Source: Macrostomum lignano
Lineage: Eukaryota
DNA: 64,000 nucleotides
Reading direction: 5' to 3'
Assembly: GCA_002269645.1 (NCBI GenBank)
Contig: NIVC01000493.1
Coordinates: forward strand, 1 to 64,000
In this document: positions 56,962 to 64,000 of the stretch, in pieces
How positions within the stretch are numbered: position 1 is the stretch's first letter
Layout of the letters: every line of letters begins with the position of its first letter
The notes under the pieces: generated by a model
Told to the model about the DNA's origin: nothing
Database searches by the model: none
Seen by the model: only the letters and a program-made list of their open reading frames with translations
Program-made: the position numbers and the translations under genes

Positions 56962-59900
56962 TTATTGGTTTGACCTAGCTAGATATTATGCATATATATT
57001 AGTAAGCCTATTTATTTAAAGTAAATTACTTAAAACTTAAATTCCAAACAATTATAAATTGGTATTTTTCAAGGCAAATATTATTATTACAATGACTATA
57101 TAAATAGCAAGACAGTTATTTTTATGGTCAACACTTAATACAAATACCATCTAAATAAAGTGATAAACTTGCTATGCAAATACTAGGATGGTTAAATTTA
57201 AAAAAAAAGAAACATGTTATTAATAAATACAATGATATCTTCTAGTGGTTCTTGTCATGGTAGCTTACTTTATGCAATTGTTAACTTTTACAAGGGGTGT
57301 CCAAAAAGTAATGATACTTTTAACCGTAGCTCTCATTCTATAGCTTCCTGTGATTTAAAATTTTATGAACTGATAGCGGCAAATCTCTTCTACAGACTGC
57401 TTTTTGAATTTTTAAAATTGATACTAGAGAACAAAAGTTATACCCACAAAAGTAACAGTACCTGTACCATAGAGTTACACAAACTATATTGAAATTTATA
57501 ATAGTTGACTTCTGCACTCATTCATTAAGAAGGCATCGATAAATGTCTTATTTAAGCAATACTAAAGCCCAATTGCAAAATGATGCTCACTGTGACTGAC
57601 TAAAATTTGTCTATGGATGGAATCATGCGCAGAAAAATAAAGCATTTAATTCATTACTTTACTTGCAAACAAAGGAGCTTGCATTTTGCGATTCATTCAT
57701 GAGTTCATTGCCCATACTCAACAACACACATGGATGTGCACTCAGTTGTTGCTCAGCAAAGTACCATCTTCACTCCTTGGGATGCTGGCCATAGTGTCTC
57801 AGAAATTCACGCAAAACTTTGCTCTGTGTAGGGATTCTCTGCAGTCAGCAAAATGACAGTTTATCGATGGATGGAGCAGTTCAGCAAAGGAAGGACTGAC
57901 TTGGTAGATCAGCATTGGACAGGGCAGCCATACGTTCATAAACCTAATCTACTGGTGGACTCCATTTTGAATTTTCTTGACGAGGACTCCCAAATGACCA
58001 TTAAAGAGATTGCCGACAGGTTGGACAAGCCAAAATCAACAATTCATTGAAGCTTACTTGGCATGGATCTTGTGAAGCTCAGCCTATAATTTGTGTAACT
58101 CTATCTATGGTATATATACTGTTACTTTTATGGGTATAACTTTTGTTCTCTGGTATCAATTTTTAAAAATTCAAAAAGCAGTTTATAGAAGAGATTTGCT
58201 GCTATCAGTTCATAAAATTTTAAATCACAGGAAGCTATAAAATGAGAGCTATGGTTAAAAGTATCACTACTTTTTGAAGACCCCTTGTACATTATAATTA
58301 AACTGAAATTTTTTATATGACTATAAAAATAGCCTATTTGCTTCCTACCTATAGTGACTATAAAATAACAGTTTTGCTATTTATACAGTTATATTAAGTA
58401 CAGACCATAGGCCCAGATAGTGTCTTATACATTAACTATAAAAATAACTGTTTTGTTATTTATATATGGTCACCATAATAATAACAACTGCCATTTTTCA
58501 AAAGTGAAAAGACAAACCCATTTTGCATTTATTAATTTAAGTCAATTAAGGTATTGAAATGCAACTAAGATTAGAATAAGCTCAGCTGTTTAAAAGTCAT
58601 AATATTTTTTTGGAATCAGATTATAAAAGTTATATATTATGACATGTTAATATTAGGCCTAATGCCTAAATATTAAGTCTCTGAAGCATAGCATCTAGAA
58701 TCTAAATTATGTGTAGGTTATGTGTGCATCTAAAGAAACTTGGAGCTTTTAAAATAGGACTTCATTGTATTTGTATGAACAGAACATACCAAGCATTTTT
58801 GCTATAGCCATAGGCCTAGTTTAGAATAGCTATTGTACATTGATTAGGCCTAGAGTATTATTGCTATTAGGGTTCTCTTATAGTTTTGCATAGGCCTATT
58901 AAATTTTTGGTTTCAACCTACTTTGGCGAAAGAATTTTCGGCGAAAGTCAATAACGGAGAAAAATACTTTCGCAATGACCATTTTGTTTAAAGCTGACCA
59001 TTTCGGCGAAAATTTTATTCCAAGCTTCGCTGAAGAGTTTTTTGTTTTAGAAGAAAGTTAAAAAAGACGACGAACTTAAAAAAGACTAATTTTATCGTGA
59101 CATGATTTTGTTTTGTCGCAATTTAATTTAGTTGTTTTATTAGATGCCCTTCGAATATGGCGGAATTTCAAAGTACGATTTTAGGAGCCTGCCACGGGAT
59201 TTAATCTGAAAAACCGCACCGTCATCATCCCTAATCTATCGACTGCATATCGATAGATCGCATGTACATAACATAGCTACGAGCTAAGTCATGAGTTTTT
59301 TAATTTTCTAACTGCAAATAATTTGCAGCAATGAACAATTTAGGCCTATTAAAAGCTTCAATCACCAAAGTGGTATATTTGCAATATAATACGTAGCCCA
59401 TATTTTCGCCGAACTGGTCACTTTCTTTCGCCGAAATGTACATCTATTGAAACTTAAAATTCACTTTCGCTGAAGCGTCTTTTGCCGAAAATTCCTTCGT
59501 CGAAATAAGCTGCACCCAAATTTTTTTGTTATAAATAATAAATTTTGAGTAACTTTAAGCAAAGTAAGTAGTAGAATAGTCAATAATAGAAAACAAACAT
59601 AAAATGTCATTGAGTGCCTACTTTGTTTAACTGTGATGTTCTTTACATTCATGTAAAGCTACCCAACCATGCCATTATAATTCATCTTTTGAACCTAGTA
59701 GACTTGATTGTTCACACAAATAACATACTATTGAAGACACATGGGCTCTTCATTGGTAAGACACGTGAAGACCAGAGCGCGGTCTAATTTTGACAGTTAA
59801 GTGCAGAAAAATCATAATTTTGTAAATATTGAAAATATAAGCCTGAAAATTTACATATAAAAAGCAAAGTTTAATGCCCGCATATTTTGACAAAAAAAAA

Positions 59901-60912
59901 TTAAAGGCAGTGCTTATCCCCACGGTACCGTTGGAATAAGACAGAAATTATTCCTACGGTACCGTGGGGATAAGCACTGCCAAAATTTAAAATCTAGCAA
60001 AATAATTTTTTCGTCTAATTTTCTGGGCAATGCAAAGCTTGGTCAGCAAAGAAATAGGTAAAAACTTATATTTAAATGGCATCGGTTTCTTAAAAAAATT
60101 GATCAAACAAAATTTTATATAAAAATTATAACTTAAGCGATTAACTTGGCTGCTTTTATTCGTGGCACGTAAAACTGACTTTTTGGCTTGTTAATGTTTA
60201 GTAAAATTCTATGTTTAGAAAATACACGAGATAGTGGAAATTCAAGTGCGGAAAAATTCAATTTATTGTACCTTAGACATCCTATAAGTTCTGCATCTGG
60301 CGTTTTTTTGCAGCAAAAATTTGTCTAGAAAGGTCAACTATTAAAATCTATAAATGAAACTAATTGGCATATTTTGATGTTGAATGAAAGGTCATTCTTT
60401 TAAGATTTATCATAGCAAATACTCGTAATAATATCATGTATAAAGCCCCCAAAAATAGCGAATTTTCTGCACTTCTCTGAAATAGCGCCCCAAATTTTTC
60501 TAGATGCATCATGCATGGCGTTCTAATTATTATCCATTGTAATGTGTTTCATTTGCAGACTAACAAAACTAGATACTTGTTTCCATGTTAATTTTATTTC
60601 TTTTAACCTCCTAATATTTAATTTTACATTCTAAAAGTTACTTAGTCTTAAAATTTATCCATTTTTTGAAAAAATAAAAATGTAAAACTTAGTCAGGATT
60701 GCCACTATTAGTTTTGATATATAATTTTTCAATTTGCAATGTACAAAAAGCTATACCTAAAGAATCTACTTCTAAATATACTAAATCTTCTATATACTAT
60801 AGTATTAAATCACAAATCAAGGGGTTATTTATCTTACCATATTAAAGGGCCTCTTGTTTTGGTGCATGGTCATTTCGTCTGCTGCCTTTTTGTCTGCCGG
60901 CAGATGAAACAA
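55961..60912 (-). CDS. Hypothetical small spliced gene (four phase-compatible exons), unidentified basic protein
   Basis: Exons 60912-60838, 56595-56574, 56385-56306 and 56044-55961, with GTAAGA, GTAATA and GTAAAG donors. Translation: LFHLPADKKAADEMTMHQNKRPFNM-FLSNERK-EYTRMLNQGPCKKILRQKLFASYATSK-VLLQAARKRKAHSTSTASAEQKKLRKN*. Confidence 0.42.
57291..58287 (+). mobile_element. Internally deleted mariner element with ~175-bp TIRs and TA target duplication
   Basis: TA|CAAGGGGTGTCC...GACCCCTTG|TA. TIRs at ~57291-57465 and ~58115-58287. Internal SEIHAKL..V..MTVYRWMEQFSKGRTDLVD...MTIKEIADRLDKPKSTIH is a mariner N-terminal HTH. Confidence 0.92.
58909..59517. mobile_element. Foldback-like non-autonomous TIR element (GG...CC termini)
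   Basis: Imperfect TIRs (GGTTTCAACCTACTTTGGCGAAAGAATTTTCGGCGAAAG versus the reverse complement of the right end, GGGTGCAGCTTATTTCGACGAAGGAATTTTCGGCAAAAG), repeated TTCGGCGAAA motifs, and AAATTTTT on both flanks (putative 8-bp TSD). Confidence 0.72.
59906..59980. other. 75-nt near-perfect hairpin
   Basis: GGCAGTGCTTATCCCCACGGTACCGTTGGAATAA-GACAGAAA-TTATTCCTACGGTACCGTGGGATAAGCACTGCC. Confidence 0.9.
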
Positions 60913-61687
60913 CTTTTTAAAAGAAAAGTTAAGGCATAGCTACATAGCTAGCAAAGCTTATTTTTAACAATTAAATATTGCAAGTCATGCAAATAAAGTT
61001 AAAGAGGGATGTCAGCTTTTCCAAATATAATTTTGTTTACACTATACGCTATATATTTTTTGTTATTTTATTGTTTACGCTATATTTTGTTTACCCTATA
61101 TCTAATGTGATGCTTCTTGTATATTTTATACAACTCTTATTTTTTGATACATTTTTTCCTTGATATGACACTTCTTTAAGTTTTATATAATAATTCTTTG
61201 TTTGATATGACTCTTCTTTATATCAAATATGACATTTCCTTTACATTTGACATGATGCTTTTGTTTTTTAATGATAGTTCTTTATGTTTAATATAAAACA
61301 TTTTTTGTTTGACATAATGCTTTTTTATGCCTTTTTGATGCTTTTTCAAAAGCTTTGATCAAATTCCTGATGCTTATAAAAGCTTTCATTCTTATAATAA
61401 CTAATGTATATTATATAATTTGTTATGATTAACATTATTGTCATTGCCATATAACCATTTCTAAATATTGAATATTTAAAATAAAAACTGGCTAAACCTA
61501 TTTTAGTAAAACTATGTCATTTTGTTAAAGGTTTTCTATAAGTGAGTTAATTCAATAAAGGGTTTCTCTTGCAACATAATAGAGAAAAAATAAGAGCTAA
61601 TATATTTAGAAAGTTAGAAGATTCTTAATGCTTGTTTCAGGCACTTTTTAATTAGGCAACTTGAAATAAACATATATTTCAAGTCAC

Positions 61688-62013
61688 ATGATTGAGTCAC
61701 ATGATCTAGGCTAAGAGCTAGAAAAGCTAAAGATTAAAAATGGATCTCTGAGTCTCTGACAATAAGCCTTTAATAATATAGTTAAATTCATGCTTAAAAT
61801 TTATTGGACATAGAACCTATTATTAGAATAGTCTAAACTATTATAAGTTATTTAAAAGCCTAGCAAACACAAAAAATATTTTTATTTAACCTGTTGTTTT
61901 GATTATCTGAAACCATTAGTAATGCTAATTTAGGAATTTTTTGGCCAATAATATTTAACTGTTTGTGTTGGTAGCTTTTCTAGCTCTTAGCCTAGATCAT
62001 GTGACTCGATCAT
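61688..62013. mobile_element. ~325-bp element with 42-bp TIRs immediately upstream of PPP2R3C
   Basis: ATGATTGAGTCACATGATCTAGGCTAAGAGCTAGAAAAGCTA versus TAGCTTTTCTAGCTCTTAGCCTAGATCATGTGACTCGATCAT (one mismatch). Confidence 0.75.
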
Positions 62014-62089
62014 AAAGTTAAGGATTATAAATAAACACAAAAAAGAAACACAAAAGTGTTCAATTTGCAGCCACAGTGCCAAATTGCCA

Positions 62090-64000
62090 ATGTCATCCAA
62101 CGATTTGAAGAGCCGCCTCAGCCGGCTGGCCCAGTCAACTGCAGCCAAGCGACCATTGCTCACCCCAGCGCAGGCACTTGAAGAGGAGGCGCGCCTATTT
62201 AAGGAGCGCTATCAGGCCCTGGCTGGGGAGAGCGCCACTGCACCCAACGCTGCTAATCTGGCCATACCGACTTTCTACCAGCCGCAGCCTAAAGAGGACA
62301 GCCTATTGCAGAAGAAGCTGCGCGAGGAGGCGCGCGCTCTGTTTTTGCAGCGCAAGACTAAACAGTTGTTGGATAATAATGAGCTGCAGGTGAATTCAAT
62401 GCTACATCTTACTACTATCACCCCGCTGACAATTGCTTTTTATAAATAGTTTAGGGCCTAATCTGTATTTAGTAGTTGTTCTTTTGTATCTACCTTTGGT
62501 TGCCTCCTTAACTATCTATACAATAGCCTTTTCTGCCCTATAAATATCGCCCCTCAAAAATGGCTCTCCTGCCGTTTAGAATTGCCATCCAGACTCTGAG
62601 GACCTCCCTCCACTCTCCCTCCACTCTCCCTCAATCCCTTTAAGAATCTCCCTCCACCCCTTTAAGAATCTCCCTCCGCTCCCTTTAAGAATCTCCCTCC
62701 GCTTTCTTTAAGAATCTCCCTCCGCTCCCTTTAAGAATCTCCCTCCGCTCCCTTTAAGAATCTCCCTCCGCTCCCTTTAAGAATCTCCCTCCGCTCCCTT
62801 TCCACTCCCTTTAAGAATCTCCCTCCGCTCCCTTTCCACTCCCTTTAAGAATTGCCCTTTAAGAACAGGGGTCGGCAAAAAATTTACAGAGGGAATAGTC
62901 AGAGGGAATAGCGAAGATAGAAGAAAGGAGAGGCTAGGGAATAAATGAGAACAGAAGAGAGACAAAAAAGGAGAGGAAAAAGAGAAGACGAAAGAAGGGA
63001 CTTGAGAGAAAGGATAAGAGATTATTAGAGAAGAGAGCTGAGAAAAGACAAAGACTTCAGAAGCCTTGCTATTGTGAAGTTCCAAAGAACCCGAGGGCGG
63101 GATAGTGAGGTCCAAAGCCCACTCCACTCCCTTTGAGAATCTACCTCCACTCGGTGAGACTTGCCCTCTATCACTCCAAGAACCGCCCCCGTCCCGTGCA
63201 GGGCCTGTGGTACCTGCTCGGCGCGCACCGGACACCACCGGACGGGCCAGAAGCCGAGCAATTGATTAACTACACGGATTTTCTCAAGGTGCGCCAGGCT
63301 GCCGGGCCAAAATGCGCGCCCTTCTTCCGACCGAGAGTGTTCGCCAAGCTGCTGCAGGACGACCCGTACGGCCGCATTAACATAATGAGCCTGTTTAACT
63401 ACATAATGAAAAAAGTGTGGCTGCACCAGACTCGAATCGGCCTATCCCTGTACGACTTCTCTGGCCAGGGTTACCTGAGAGAGACTGACCTTGAGAACTA
63501 CATTACCGAGTTAATTCCCACCTTGCCGCAGTTGAGCAAATTGGAGAAATTATTTCACAGTTTCTACGTTTGCACGGCTGTTAGAAAGTTTTTCTTCTTC
63601 TTAGACCCGCTGCGAACTGGCCGGATTAAAATCTCGGACATTCTGGCCAGTTCTTTTCTTGACGACCTGCTAGAGCTGCGAGACGAGGAACTGTCCGAGG
63701 CTGCCCAGAGCAGCAACTGGTTCAGCGCTTTGAATGCCCTGCGCGTGTACGGGACGTTTCTTAATCTGGACAAGGACGAGAACGGCATGCTGAGCAAGTC
63801 TGAGCTGGCCAAGTACGGCACTGGCACCCTCACTGAGGTGTTTCTCGATCGCCTGTTCCAGGAGTGCCTCACGTACGAGGGCGAGCTGGACTATAAGTCC
63901 TATCTGGACTTTGTGCTTGGCATGGAGAACAAGGCCGAGCCGCAGTCTCTACAATATTTCTTCCGCATACTAGACATTGACGGCTCCGGCTCGCTCACTG
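62090..64000 (+). CDS. PPP2R3C: PP2A regulatory subunit B'' gamma (G5PR); exon 1 at 62090-62389, exon 2 from 63202 past the window end
   Basis: IPTFY...LLQKKLREEARALFLQRK..LLDNNELQ|GLWYLL...KVWLHQTRIGLSLYD...FYVCTAVRKFFFFLDPLRTG...FLDDLLELRDEEL...NWFSA...LDKDENGMLSK...ECLTYEGELDYK is near-colinear with vertebrate PPP2R3C as I recall it. GT-AG intron in phase 0. Confidence 0.97.
62630..62860. repeat. 23-bp tandem repeat CCCTTTAAGAATCTCCCTCCGCT in the PPP2R3C intron
   Basis: Visible. Confidence 0.9.
63202..64000 (+). CDS. PPP2R3C: PPP2R3C exon 2 (EF-hand region), truncated by the window
   Basis: tgcag acceptor at 63200-63201; open for 266 codons. Confidence 0.96.

Noticed and set aside
55961-60912. 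Identifying the small divergent gene as PRORP, the head-to-head neighbour of human PPP2R3C
   Set aside because: The peptide is short and shows no PPR or NYN nuclease motifs.

Overview
This is eukaryotic (metazoan) genomic DNA, not prokaryotic. Short GC-rich spliced exons sit in introns packed with different minisatellites, MITEs and SINEs; the architecture resembles the free-living flatworm Macrostomum (inference only, no database search possible). Genes reconstructed by hand from splice signals and motifs are: (1) an intronless synaptotagmin-like ORF on the minus strand (110-1842) with a signal-peptide-like N-terminus and at least three frameshifts; (2) a family-B (secretin-type) GPCR on the minus strand, with nine in-phase exons (13112 to 4463) and two tandem hormone-binding ECD exons; (3) an ephrin on the minus strand (44389 to 38303, C-terminus unresolved); (4) an NDUFA11-like Tim17-family gene on the minus strand (51460 to 46640); (5) a possible small four-exon orphan gene on the minus strand (60912 to 55961); (6) PPP2R3C on the plus strand (62090 to the window end). 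Mobile DNA comprises a gypsy LTR/PBS/gag remnant, two tRNA-derived SINE types, hAT-like and GG-terminal MITEs with 8-bp TSDs, and two mariner remnants. The last ~10 kb switch to an AT-rich, strongly CpG-depleted domain. The best leads are the double-ECD GPCR, a frame-preserving 964-codon repeat ORF antisense within an NDUFA11 intron, the CpG-depleted domain, and the atypical synaptotagmin. I found no clear multi-gene novel system. Most long ORFs in the supplied track are artefacts of tandem repeats.
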